A DNA stretch of 64,000 nucleotides from Eledone cirrhosa (taxonomy: Eukaryota), in the NCBI GenBank assembly GCA_964016885.1, contig OZ024741.1, positions 216,566,001-216,630,000 on the forward strand. Reading direction: 5' to 3'. The position numbers were made by a program, and so were the translations under genes. The notes beneath the pieces were generated by a model. The model was not told the DNA's origin and ran no database searches. It saw nothing but the letters and a program-made list of their open reading frames with translations. Of this stretch, positions 11,318-24,608 are shown piece after piece (position 1 is the first letter of the stretch; each line of letters starts with the position of its first letter).

Positions 11318-11819
11318 CAGTGTCTCAGTATGTCAACTGTTAAATTCTTGAAACTACTAAAAGAATAAAAGAAACATGTGGGTGTACGTGTGTAAACATA
11401 AGCATGTGTGTGTATATATATATATATATATATACATCTGTATGTGTATAAACGTGTGCCTGTATTTATGTATGTATATATGTATGTATTTAAATATGTG
11501 TGGGTGTATAAATATATGTGTATGAGTGTGTGTATACGTATGTGTATTTGTATAAGTGTCCAAAAATGTGTTTAGTTAATTCAGTTTAAAGTTGCCCATT
11601 GGAATTTGATGAACTAGTTCCGTTCTGTGTTGACAGGAAATGGGAGAGGAGAAAATGGCTATACCGGAAGTGATATACGCTTACATTAAAGAACAGCGTG
11701 TGGCTTACAAGATAAAAACCTCCAATACTACAAACTAGATTTTAATCAACTAGTGTGCAGAAGACACAACAGACAGACACATGCAAACACGCAGACACAC
11801 ACACAGACACATACACATG

Positions 11820-11873
<54 letters not shown>

Positions 11874-11901
11874 AGAGAGTATATATATATATTATATATA
11901 T

Positions 11902-11968
<67 letters not shown>

Positions 11969-12060
11969 CACACATATATTCATATATATATATATATATA
12001 TATATAGATACATATATATATATACATATATATATACATATATATACATATATATATATA

Positions 12061-12470
12061 TGGTGGCTGCCAACTCGTTTTCGAGTACGGCCACTACTTT
12101 ATATCCATGTAGGAGATCCCCTACCGATGTGCTGAACGAGTGTGACTTTTTAGCCCAGCCGGCGACTTGAAAACTCTGGTACAAACACTACACTTGTGAC
12201 AATTATTGAAACAGTGCTGGGCCCATGGTACCATGTGACGACAAGTGTAGAGAGATCAGAGATCTCCAGATATAAAGCAATGCTTGTGCCGTGAAGCTTT
12301 TATAGTGAGCAAAGGCACTGCACAAAGCCAGTCCCACTCTCTTAACCAAGATGATATTTACCAAAAAGAAGAACAAGTCAACATCATTGGATACCATCAG
12401 GGTTGCAGGTGTTATATCAGAGTTTTCCTTCTCCTAGAATTCTGCCTTGACAAAGGCTAAGGGGTCATCT
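12061..12470 (-). mobile_element. Inverted near-identical copy of the 6056-6455 repeat segment
   Basis: Same translation (MVSNDVD.FFFLVNIILVKRVGLALCSAF) on the opposite strand. Confidence 0.8.
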
Positions 12471-12614
12471 CTATATATATAAACACATAATTCCTCAATT
12501 TGTATGTGTGGATGTGTGTGTGTGTGTCTGTGGAGGTGGGTGTGAGTGTACGTGCAAGCCAACCTAAATAAGTCTTTTTATTTGTAATTTTTCTACTCTT
12601 ACCATAATTTTCAG

Positions 12615-13046
12615 TAGCACCACTCCACATAAATTCCTCAATTTAAGAATGACCTGTAGTATCTATTTCATACTATAAACCTCAATTGAATATATCTGAC
12701 CAGGAATGCTTTTTGTGCAAATCAGTCATATGGGACTATTGTCATCTTGTCTGATGGTTTGAACTTTACAACACCACCTGCCTCTTTGAGGTCAAATACC
12801 AACCCAAATAGCATCTACAAACTGACCAATGAGAATTAAGACTATTCCTGCTGACAACATTAAATTATTCCTAACAAGCTCATATGTCCCAAGGCTCTGA
12901 TACCATCAACACTATAAACACAGAGCTGGAATATCTAAGAACTGACTAACTGCCTGATGAGGTCATAGCCATTCAATGGCTATCATCGAAATATATATAG
13001 CAGTAAATAAAGGATTATGAGTTCATGCAATTGACTTATGTTTCGT

Positions 13047-13050
<4 letters not shown>
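12615..13050 (+). mobile_element. Penelope-like element 3' end (decayed GIY-YIG tail + pLTR)
   Basis: Remnant ...SISYYKPQLN, then a hammerhead, AATAAA and (TA)n. Confidence 0.5.
12949..13004 (+). ncRNA. Type I hammerhead ribozyme motif
   Basis: ACTGC-CTGATGA-GGTCATAGCCAT(TCA)ATGGCTATCATC-GAA-ATATATAT-A-GCAGT; 5-bp stem I, 12-bp stem II with one C.C mismatch, palindromic stem III. Confidence 0.85.
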
Positions 13051-13113
<63 letters not shown>

Positions 13114-13910
13114 ACGATTAAGCATTTTTATGTATATGAATATGAATATATGTATATATATATACATAATTATTTCTACTTTAAGCACAAGGCCAGCAAT
13201 TACCCAGTGCATTACTGGTACTTTATTTTATCGACCCCGTAAGGATAAAAGGCAAATATACATAATGATATATATATATATATATATAAATATATATATA
13301 TATATCAGCTAGAAATTGATTGACATATATATATAAAATAAACATATATATATATATATATATACACACGTGCGTACCACCACATATTTACACATTCAGC
13401 CTCCGGATTCCTCTCCCCCCACCCCCCTATCCACACACGCACACACACTCCGACCTACACCCCACCCCACACACCCCTTCCTGAACATGCAACCCCGTTC
13501 TTCCCCCAACCCTTGCTTTCACATACACACACACACACACGTACACCTACATACACACACCACCTTCAGCCCTCCCCGCTCGGACACCCCGTCTCCCTCT
13601 CCCCACTCCACCCGCCACCACCCCTACACGCCCCACACACTTCCACCACCTGTTTTACCCCATTTTAATTTTATTTTGATCATGCCTTTATTTTTAATTT
13701 CATTTGCACCGTTTCCTCTCACCCCCTTTTTGCTATATGTCTCTCCACCACTCCCCTACACACCCTTTGAACTCTCTTCCCACACACTTTTCACCTGAAG
13801 AAGGGCTTATGCCCAAAACGTCGTTCCCCACCACCATCCCACTCTCAAAAGCGTGAAATTAATAAACATTTGTTGTACTGCCTCTGTTTTGTTCCCGTTC
13901 AATTTTTCAT

Positions 13911-13944
<34 letters not shown>

Positions 13945-14289
13945 AAGAGAGAGAGAGGGGTGAGAGGTTGTTTGGGAGTTAGTGTATGTGGAGGTGGTGG
14001 TGGGTGATGCTGATGCTGTCTCTGACTGCCGTCTGTTAACTATACTCTTGTTGATGATTATGATGCTGAAGGTCACGTCATCCAAGTAGCCAGTCTATTC
14101 CAGTTATTATATACACAAACTGCTCCAGAAATATCTAACATTAGTGGGATATATATTTGATATATTGTCTCCCCATCCCATGTCTATAGTAATATCATTG
14201 GCCACCATCAGATATTTCTACGGAGATTTTTGTGATATTACATAGAATAGATATGTTGATATATATGTGTATATATATATGATGGCCGC

Positions 14290-15168
14290 AAATTCTGCCA
14301 AGAGTATTGCAATCGCTTGTCAGATTCAGATGTGGGACGCTCGGATATGGCTTTTCCAGCCTTCTAGAGACTTGAACTCCTTCACACACTGACGACAACT
14401 ATGGATCACGCTGGCTTGAGGTCCTGCATCAGGTTGCGCGTGAACCCTCACAACACCATGGAGATCATAGTTCACTGGTTCTCTTTGAACATGGCTGCGA
14501 CTGTGGCTCCTGAGACCAGATTTGCTCAAGCACATTTTCCACACTCAGGGCACTTCAATTCAACGGAGACACCGATCGTTTCGAGAGATACACCAGGACA
14601 TTTCTTACGCACATCTCGTTTGATCTTCTCGTTCTCTATGCCTCCGTCCTCAAAATTATGGACCCCACCATTCACCATTCCACGCCAAGTCTCTCTTTCA
14701 AGAGCTTCTATCTCCCAGTCAGCCATCATCAAACCAGTTTTTTTCAATGAGTCCTTTACACAATCCTTGAATGGGAGCTTTGGTTTGTGAGGTTGTCTCT
14801 TACCGTCACAAAGCTCGCCATACAAGAGTTGTTTTGGGATTCGATCATCCTCCATTCTGCAGAGGTGTCCGGTCCATCGCAAACGCCGTTGGTGGATGAT
14901 ACTCTCAATCCTCCGACACTCACTTCTCTCAAGGACCTCAACATCCCTCACATGCATCTGCCACTTGATACCGAGTATCTTTCTGAGACACTGCTGGTGA
15001 ACCCATTCCAGTCTGTGGATATGCCGTTTGTAGGCAATCCATGTCTCACATGCATACAGCAAAGCTGACAGTACACATGCAACATACACTCTCACCTTGG
15101 TCCTCATTGTGATTCCTCGCCTGCACCAAAGACGGTCGTTGAGCCTTCCAAATGACTCACTTGCCTTA
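14290..15168 (-). pseudogene. RTE-clade LINE 3' fragment (post-RT region + two C2H2-like zinc fingers)
   Basis: TKVRVYVACVLSALLYACETW, RLRWTGHLCRMEDDRIPKQLLYGEL; after a frameshift CPECGK..LSKSGLRSHSRSH and CRQCVKEFKSLEGWKSHIRASH. Confidence 0.85.
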
Positions 15169-15189
15169 CTATATATATATATATAAATA

Positions 15190-15787
15190 TATATGAAAGA
15201 CGTAAAATAAGAAAAATTTAAAAAAAAATTAAAAATTAACTTACTTACTAAAATTTTCACTCCAACTAATTAGTTTCTGTAATGGGATAAAGATAGTTAC
15301 GTAATATAACCATCGAGAATTCATTACGTCATCAGGGAGTCTATTCTCAGCTAAGTCTCCAGGCAATGCGCGGACACTAGGGACTCATATAAAAATAATA
15401 ATAATTCGGTGGATGGAACAGCTAGCGGGGACTGGATTCCATGCACTGAAAAAGTTCGCTGTCTCTGGTCAAGTGGCAGATTCTAAAGAATCAATCACGT
15501 GACACTGAGGCTAGTCGGAAGGAGTGGGTTGATAAGATGACAGAAGCCTAATACCACACCAATGAATTAGTAGCGGATTTGGCAGGTTTGCTCAACAAAT
15601 AAATAATTTGGAGATAAATATATAGAATTAGTATATCTACCAACATATGCGTACAGATGTACACTAATGCTAGCAAATACATAAGTTATGTCATAGTACC
15701 TAGGTGGTTCAATGCAGGAGGATGCAGAACAATAATATGAAAGACGTAAAATAAGAAAAATTTTAAAAAAAATTAAAAATTAACTTA

Positions 15788-15790
<3 letters not shown>
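15190..15790. repeat. ~55-bp direct repeats bracketing a ~480-bp unique segment (probable partial-tandem pLTR)
   Basis: ATATGAAAGACGTAAAATAAGAAAAATT...AATTAACTTACTTA at about 15192-15250 and 15735-15790. Confidence 0.6.
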
Positions 15791-15874
<84 letters not shown>

Positions 15875-15996
15875 AGGCATATATATATATATATGAAGAA
15901 AATAAATTTGTGGAAAGCACAAGTGAAGCCATTTTTTTCTTCCCCCCTGTCTTAATATACCTAACTGTACCAAGGATTACACACATATTCCAATAT

Positions 15997-16027
<31 letters not shown>

Positions 16028-16148
16028 GTAAGTATGATTCCAGTTCCTCAGTGAAGTAACAACCCAACCAGGAACTGGGCATATCAGAGTATTGACAACG
16101 TTAAACACATCAACAACATGTGTACTCGTCTCTACCACACTAATTCGA

Positions 16149-16203
16149 ACTGCCTGAAGAGGTCACACCCAAACATGGCTGTCACCGAAATATATATAGC
16201 AGT
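16149..16203 (+). ncRNA. Type I hammerhead ribozyme motif (same family as 12949)
   Basis: ACTGC-CTGAAGA-GGTCACACCCA(AACA)TGGCTGTCACC-GAA-ATATATAT-A-GCAGT, followed by AATAAA. Confidence 0.8.
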
Positions 16204-16350
16204 AATAAACGAAGCCAAATTTTAAATATTTGACTTATTTATTTTAGTATATTTTACATTACTCCGGAGTAACCAAACCAAGCTGCGCACTCGTCGAGTG
16301 CTCCAATCTGCATACTAGGGTGTTGGTATACAACCAACATATACTCAAAA

Positions 16351-16472
<122 letters not shown>

Positions 16473-16602
16473 TGTATATATATATATATATGAATGTATG
16501 TATAGTATATTTGGCAATATACCGTATGTTTAATTAAAAACATTTTGAAGACCATGCGCTATCATTTTTAAAGTACTGACTATGTCAATATATATATATA
16601 TA

Positions 16603-16655
<53 letters not shown>

Positions 16656-16847
16656 ATATATAATTATTAAGGAAGTGCTCAATCGCAGAAATGCTATAGA
16701 GATAACTTATAAAATTGGGTGAACACCCTTAAAAGATAGAAACAGAAGTTGCCCTCGGCCGCTGGTAACTTCTTTTCCCGTCTTTGAAGGGTGCTCACGC
16801 ATTTCTGCGGTTGAACACTTTCTTTATACACACACACACAGACACAG

Positions 16848-16895
<48 letters not shown>

Positions 16896-17000
16896 GAGAG
16901 AGAGAGAGAAAGTGAGATTGAGAGAGAGAGAGTGAGAGAGTGAGAGATATAGAGAGGCAGAGATTGAGAGAAAGATAGATAGATAGAGAGAGGGAGAGAG

Positions 17001-17074
<74 letters not shown>

Positions 17075-17296
17075 GGGAGAGAAGGAGTATAATGTATAAT
17101 GAAGCAATATATTAGTTTGACGGTTAATATTGTAGGGGAAAACGTTTTTCTACGTTTCCGACATCAATTCTTCATCGGAAGATAGAATGACAAATAAAGG
17201 AAATAGAAAGATAGAGAAGGAAAAGAGGAAGGTAAAGAACATTATTTTTGGAAAAAGTCACGTGAGTATTTAGTCAACTATTTTAAAGAAATGCTG

Positions 17297-17327
<31 letters not shown>

Positions 17328-17417
17328 TGTATGTATGTATGTATGTATGTATGTATGTATGTATGAATATATGTATTAATGTATATATGTATATATGTAT
17401 ATATGTGTATATGTATG

Positions 17418-17453
<36 letters not shown>

Positions 17454-18080
17454 TATATGTATGCATGCATATATATATGTATATATGTATATATGTAACT
17501 ATGTATGTATGTTTGTATGTAACTACGTATGTATGTATATATGTGTTTGTATCTATACAGCGTATAAACCCAATTGAGAGGATATGGATGTACAGGGTGT
17601 ATATATAAAGGGATAGATATCAGCTCCCTAAAATAAAAGATATATATCATATAGACACATATGTTGTTGATTTGTGAGAGAGGTTTCTGGGTATTGAATT
17701 CCAGGGTCTTATATAATCTACCCTGAAAGGGTAGAGTGAACACAAGGACCCGCTGGGATTTGATCCTAGAAATATGAGACGAGGAAATTAGGGGTTTACA
17801 GATTCTGTTGCAGCTTCCTGTCTTCCTTTTCCTTTGGAATGGCACACACCCATATGTGTGCGTATGTGTGTGTACATCATGCATACATGCATACATACAT
17901 CATACATACGTACATACATACATACATACATACATACATACAAACATACATACATGCATGCATACATACATCATACATACATACGTACATACATACATAT
18001 AGAGGCAGATAAAGTGAGGCAGATGTATATATATTTAGAAAGAGAGAGTGATTGATAGATAGATAGATAAGCAGACAGAC

Positions 18081-18137
<57 letters not shown>

Positions 18138-18377
18138 TATTTCTTTATTAGCCACAGGGGCACAAAAGAAGGTGACAAATACAAAGGGGGAAGTTTACAT
18201 ACAATAAAAACGTGTAAAATACTATCACAAATGCAATTTAAAAATTAGTCGATTTTCCCCAATAGGGGGAGACATTTCATATGGGTAACACATACCCCCG
18301 AAAAAAAATGTGCAACCCTCATCTCCAGGAGTACGAAGAGTGAGTACCCCTTTCCTCTCTTCCTCTTTTTCCTCAAC

Positions 18378-21300
18378 CTACAGGCTGATATAGAGCGAAG
18401 GCCCATTCACTCAGGCCTTTCTCGCCACTTTCACCCACCTTTCATAAAACTTGCTGGGGTACAGCGCCTCTCTCCATCCTGATTCTTATTCTAACTTTAG
18501 AATATATTTGAAGGTATTTGAAAAAAAGAATCAGTTGTTGGCCGGAGAGAAAGGTGTCTGACATCAGCCCTTTTAACCTTGTCCACCATACAGCCTCTTT
18601 CGCCATAGCTATCACACAAAGGAAATTCGCCTCTCCTTCGTTTTTGAAGGAGGGTGGCGGTTTGATCATGACAATGGACTCGGTGGTCAACCGGATTGGT
18701 CCCACCCGCGACAATAGTCGTTCTACATAGCCCCACACGTCGGTGACGCCCGGGCAGTGTATGAATGCGTGCGCGACGGTTTCTTCGTCTCGCACGCACC
18801 TCGGGCATATCATTTTTGCAGGGTCCCCTCCCGGGCGCCCATGTTGTAGAGCTTGTCTCGAACTGGTAGAGCTCCTCGGTAGCACTGCCAGGCCAAGGAC
18901 TTTTGGAAGATGTCCATCGGTCCCGGGCGGAAGGTCCTACCGAACAGACTGGCCGGTTCGTCTTCCTCTACGCCTAAAGTTTCACCGAGCGCGTCGTCGC
19001 ACTTGCTGCGGATCAACCCTCTATAGAATGACGAAGTGGAGTCTCCACTGATCGCCGGGTCCGCCTGCCAGAGGGCTGTGAGCACCTGAGCACATTCGAT
19101 GTGCCAGTCGCCCATTTTTCTCGGTCTTAGCTTGACCCAGGACTGCAGCTCGGTCAGCGAGACGAGTCGTGGGAAGGCTCGCCTCACGAACGGGGCCCAC
19201 ACCGGTTGTCCGGTGAGGAATACGTAGAGATGCCGCAGCCTGAGCGCGTGTTTGCGAATCGTCAGCCACGGCATCCCCAGCCCTCCGTTGGAAGGGTGTT
19301 GGCAGCAGATGGATCTTCTCACCAAAGGAGCCCGCCTCTTCAAAGGAATTGGAAGAGCGCGCGCTCCATTTTGGCGAGCGTTTTGGCTGGACAAGGCACG
19401 ACGGTCAAGCGGTAGTAGATGGCGGACGCTATAAAAGTGTTCGCCACCTCCGCTCGACCTTTCAGGGATAGTTTTAACTCGGCCCACTTCTGGGTGAGTG
19501 CAAACACCTTGGCCGACACCTCGTTCCAGTTTTTCTCCACCTGGAGGTCCGGACCAAACCAGACCCCGAGCAGCTTTACCGGTCCTTCCGTCCAGCGTCC
19601 GACGACGCCATCGGAAGGCATCGGTTTGCCTCTCCACGATCCGAGTTGCAAACCGATGGACTTGTCCCGGTTCAGCTTCGCTCCTGTGAACCTTTCGTAT
19701 TCCTTCAGTAAGGTACCGACTTCTTCGATGTGCGAGGCGCTCAACACCATTACTGTCACGTCGTCGTCATAGGCCGACGCCGCTTTCCGCAGTCCCGGTT
19801 CCAGAAGGATGCCCTGTAATAGCTCCAACTTCCGCAGTAGTGGATCGAGAGTCAGTACGTACAGAAGGGAGGAGAGAGAGCATCCCTGTCGAATGGATCG
19901 CGTGATATGGAACGGCTCCGAGAGGTAGCCGTTCACCTTGACCCTTGAGCAGATGTTGCTGTTGTGCATTGCAGTAATCCAGCCCCTGAACACGGGTCCG
20001 AAGCCTGCCGCCTCGAGCACCGCATCCAGGTAACGATGGTCAACCCTATCGAAAGCCTTAGACTGATCGAAGTTGATCAGGGCCCCACCGAAGCCGGGTT
20101 TACACCCTACCCTCTCTATGATGTATCGCATGAGGTGGAGGTTGTCGTGTATGAACCTGGTCGGGATTGCGCTTCTCCCACCAGGTTCTCGACGACAAGC
20201 GCCAGCCTCATTGCCAAAACCTTGGCCAAAATCTGTAACTCTGTGTTTAGCAGAGTTATGGGCCGGAAGTTGCCTATGTCATCCCCCTTATTCTCGTCCT
20301 TCCTGACTAGTGTGACTACGCCCCCGGTCACAGAACTGGGAATTCTCCGTTCTGTTGCCAGTTGCAGTAGACCGCTTCCAGGAAACCGGAGAATAAGTCC
20401 AGCATTGCTATGTAAAATTCGTAGGGTAGACCGTCGAGACCTGGAGATTTGCGTTTGCCGCATTGGCTCAGCGTGTCCCCTATCTCAGCGGCTGAGGTCG
20501 ACCTTTCACAGAACTTTACCTCGCTGTCCGAGAGTCGCGGTAGGACGCCGAGGTATGGACCGAAATCCATAGCCCCTCCCGGCGCGCCGCCCTGCCCGAA
20601 CAGTTGAGCAAAGTGCCGCTGAAAGGCCGCACACATCTGCTTCGGCTCACGTATCACGCGTCCGTTTTGGTCCTTCAAAGCCCGAATCGTGGAGATGTTG
20701 CCACTTTTTGCCTCCATCACTCGGGCCCAGCTAACAGCTTTGGCTCGCTCGTTTCCCAGAGCACGTATTTTGCTTCTGACAACGCAGCCCTCGTGCTTTG
20801 CGTCGAAGAACTGGTCCAAGGCCGTTCTCGTTGCTAGCACGCTAGCTACGTTGCCACTTCTAATTGCCTCTTCTACTTTATCTACCAGTTCCTTCTCGGT
20901 TCTATTTCTAATTCTTTACTAAAAACTATCGAGTCTAATCTAACTGCCCTCTTGAGAGAGTACTATCATCTGTTGTTGACAATGGCCCCTGTCAAGTGCT
21001 GTTTAACTAAAGTGCTAATCCGTCTACTGTAGGCTTTGCATGTCGGTAACGACAAGTTCAGCTTCCAGTGGACGGTCCTTGTCTATGGGTTCTATCAAAG
21101 TTGACCATGCAGGTCACTAGTTTGTGATTTGAATAGGCAACCATGAACATTTGTGGACAGCTTAACATGTCCCTATCCTTATTTCTAACTAGAACCTTAT
21201 CTAGGTACGATCTAGATGTTCCGCTGAGATTAGTCCACGTCCACAGTGGCACAGTCGGAAAATCTAGTCGATATCTATCGGCCAGGTCAAATCGGCCGAT

Positions 21301-21794
21301 TAACTGTTACACCCCCCTTTATCGGGACATGCTCCCACATAGTCCCAACGTGCATCTAGGAATCCATTCCAGTCCCCCACTAAAAGCAAGGAGCGGGGCG
21401 TTCCCAGAAAAGTCTCTAGACGTTTGAAGAAGTCTGGCCGCGGTGTCCCGGATGGGGCATATGCGGCCACCAGCCTGAAGGCTCTACCTTCACTACTGTC
21501 AACGTCTAGGACCACCTGTCGACCCTCCTGGTCCAGATGTACCGTCTGTGTTACGAGGCCCAGGTGTTTCCGCAGCAAAACAGCAACCCCGCTCCTACCC
21601 CCCGGCCGACAGAGAGATGCGTAGATCTCAAAGTCATCGAAGATGGAGGCCAGCTGTCGCTCGCTGTGGATCCTGGACTCGCAAATGGCTACTACATCCT
21701 TAGTGTGCGACCTGAGGTCGTTTAAGAGTTTGCCCTGTTTCTAGGGCATCCCCAGGCTGCGTAGATTCACACATCCAACTCTTATATTGGCCAT
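18378..21794 (-). pseudogene. Family B ORF2 (APE-RT), multiple frameshifts
   Basis: Pieces GDWN, SYLDKVL, KSPGLDG, FDQSKAFDRV, YDDD (mutated YADD), CPRC in changing frames. Confidence 0.9.
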
Positions 21795-21828
21795 GTTGGT
21801 TCTGAAAAGTTAAAAGAGAAGAAAACAC

Positions 21829-23380
21829 TCACCTCTTCGTCTCCCGGGGATCAGGCCGCACGGTTTCCATGGGGGTGTTAGACGGGTTGTCTGGGTGGGT
21901 GGTGGTTTCCGGCGGGGTGGGGACGGAGATGTTTGGTGGGGTGGGGGTGTATGGGGTGAGGGTGGGGAAATATTTTAAAAGGACGCGGTTAATGGGTTTA
22001 ACACAAGGATTACCCACGTCCTTAGGAAAGTTTTCCTTTAAAGACTTATAGGTGTCCGTAGGGACCCTAATCATCTTTAAATTAGGTTTGTCTACACAGT
22101 TCGAAAAAGTTTTCCCTTCGGTTTTCACCGAAGGGTCGTTGGAGATGACCTCCATTAAAGTTTTGTTTTTACTGTTTATGTATGTGTAATGTTCTTGTGG
22201 TTTTTGTCTGTTGTTCTTGTGGGAGCTTTCGTTTTGTTGTAGGTGTTTGTGTTTGGAGTGATGTCGTGGTTTTGTTTTCGGGACGGGGGTTTTTTGTTTG
22301 TAATGTTTGTGTTGTTTGTGTTGGTGGTTATATGTTTGTAGTGATGTTTGTTGTTTTTTTGTTCTTGTGGTGTCTTTTCTTCTTTCTTTTTCGAACGGAG
22401 AGGCTCTCCCTCATGGTGGTGTTGGTGGTGGTGGTGGTGGTTGTGTTGTTGTTTTGGGTGTTGGCAGTAGTGCCTCTTTATTTTTGTAGTTAACTGAGGA
22501 CAGTAAGCCTTCAGGTGACCACTGCTTAAACAGTGGTAACATGAAGGCCGCCTACCCTCAACAGAAATGTTTATTTATGAAATTCCATCCAGAGGCACAC
22601 GTTGGGGTATTTTAGCTATCCGTTCTGGCCTCATTTGGACCAGAACTTCCATGCTTGTAACATTGAATGTGCCTCTGGAGGACTTTCCCACCGAAATGAT
22701 GGTGTCTTCGTCGAAATCGCTGAAGCCAGTTAGAATCCACCAGACGTTTACATTTGGTGCAATGTTCAACATTTTTATTTTTTGTGTTCTTTTTCCCATA
22801 CATGTGGGGGAAAAGGTGTAAAGGGGGGACACAATCAACGATACAGAATATTTTTGTGCTGTCAATTGGTCTCTCAACAACACCGAAATGCTTCCAAAAA
22901 GTTTCCCTTTTTGGATGAAGGCAATATCCTTCATGGAATTCTTCACATCAGGTCAATATCGTTTTGGGATAACTGAACTGGTTTTTTCGACACATTTGAA
23001 ACCGTCTTAAAAATTACTGTTTTTAGAACAGTTTCTCTGCATAACTGTTGAGGAGAAGTGATGCTGAAAGCACCACTCTCACCAAAAGTTACGTATTGTT
23101 TTGCATCGCTTAACATTTCCCTAGCATTGGAAATGTCAAGGTATCTGAACAGTTCCGTCTTTTGGACGGTTTGAGCAAAGGAAATCTTTTCCTTGTTCGT
23201 GGAGTTGTTCGTGTTGCTGTTGTTGTTGGTGGTGTTGTTGTTATCATTGTTGCTGTTGTTGTTCTTGTTGTCATTATTGTTGTTGTTGTTGTTGTTGTTG
23301 TTGTTCTGGTTGGTGTTGTTTATATTTTGCATGTTATTGGTATTTGTGTTAGTGTTGATGTTACAATCAACGTCCGACAT
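21829..23380 (-). pseudogene. Family B ORF1 (CCHC knuckle), disrupted
   Basis: KISFAQ, KTVIFKTV, VQMRPERIAKIP, GRRPSCYHCLSSGHLKAYC and VKPINRVLLK align with family A ORF1. Confidence 0.85.
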
Positions 23381-23415
23381 CGTGTTTTCAAAACTGACGA
23401 CAGTTTCGATGTCTT

Positions 23416-23986
23416 GCCACAAGGTCGCACAAGAAAAGGGGAGAATACAAAGACATGCCGTGGATTTTACATACAGTCGTGTAAAAAATATAAAAACAAA
23501 CAATTACAACAATCGAAATCCCCAATAGTGGGGAAGCGCCACAAATGGGTTGTTTAATACCCCGTCAATAGAACAACCCTCAACTCCAGGAGCGTGTTGT
23601 GCAAGTGCTCCTTTCTTCCTTTTGCTCTCTTCTTCAACCTACAGGCTTATAAACAGAGAAGGCCCAATCACTCGGGCCATTTTCGCTTCATTCACCCACC
23701 TTTCAGTAAATTTACTGGGGTGCAGTGCCTCCCTCTCCACTCTGATTCGCCTTCTAAAGTGATACTTAAAGAAGGAAATCAATTGTTGTCCGGAGAGAAA
23801 GGCATATGTCCTCAGTCCTCTCAATCTCGTCCACCATATAACTTCTTTCACCATAGCCACCGTACAGAGGAAAACCGCCTCTCTTTCGTTTTTGAAAGAG
23901 GCTGGCGGTTTGATCCTTACTATGGACTCGGCAGTCAACTGGATTTGTCCCATACGCAAAAGCAGTTTTTCTGCATAGTTCCATAA
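23416..23986 (-). mobile_element. Tx1-like 3' fragment fused directly upstream of the family B copy
   Basis: LWNYAEKLL...ARVIGPSLFISL plus a 3' UTR ending TGTGGCAA, with no microsatellite spacer. Confidence 0.85.
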
Positions 23987-24565
23987 GCCTTGTTTCGCAT
24001 TTTTTTATGCTTATCAAGGCTAACTACTCCCTCCTGTCTACTGAGATCTCTGATGTTTCAAAAAATGCGAAACAAGGCCTTGTCGGCTTTATCTCCCCTT
24101 GTTTGCTGAGATTAAAGTAAGTGAGTTTGTCACTACTCTGAAACAATAGCATACGGTCTTCAAAATGCTTTTAATTAAGCATAAAGTGTATTGCAAAATA
24201 CATTATATATACATTCATATATATATTGCTATTTCAGAGCTCCAATTCTAATTTTTAATTTCTGCCTGACAGGCAACCGCTCTGTATAATCAGTTCCTGA
24301 TTATTTACTAGAATTCTATAAGAATATAACATCAGTGATCTCAGTAGACAGGAGGGAGTAGTTAGCCTTGATAAGCATAAAAAAATGCGAAACAAGGCCT
24401 TGTCGACTTTATCTCCCCTTGTTTGCTGAGATTAAAGTAAGTTAGTTTGTCACTACTCTAAAACAATAGCATACGGTCTTCAAAATGCTTTTAATTAAGC
24501 ATAAAGTGTATTGCAAAATACATTATATATACATTCATATATATATTGCTATTTCAGAGCTCCAA

Positions 24566-24572
<7 letters not shown>
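23987..24572. mobile_element. Penelope pLTR relic: inverted head plus ~190-bp direct repeat
   Basis: 23987-24057 is the inverse of about 24328-24398; 24061-24252 repeats at 24381-24572; ends in (TA)n. Confidence 0.7.
24364..24408 (+). ncRNA. Type I hammerhead motif with U3-A8 variant core
   Basis: AGCC-TTGATAA-GCAT(AAAAAA)ATGC-GAA-ACAAGGCCTTGT-C-GACT; the duplicate at 24085 reads GGCT, which restores stem I. Confidence 0.72.

Positions 24573-24599
<27 letters not shown>

Positions 24600-24608
<9 letters not shown>

Larger units (their letters stand above)
18140..23415 (-). mobile_element. Tx1-like LINE family B, near full length, decayed
   Basis: Fragmented ORF1 and ORF2 homologous to family A; 3' end abuts (TAGA)n at 18050-18137. 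Confidence 0.9.

Noticed and set aside
15290-15350. CTGATGA followed by a CGTAAT/ATTACG stem on the minus strand
   Set aside because: GAAA is replaced by GTAA and there is no stem I partner; at most a decayed ribozyme.
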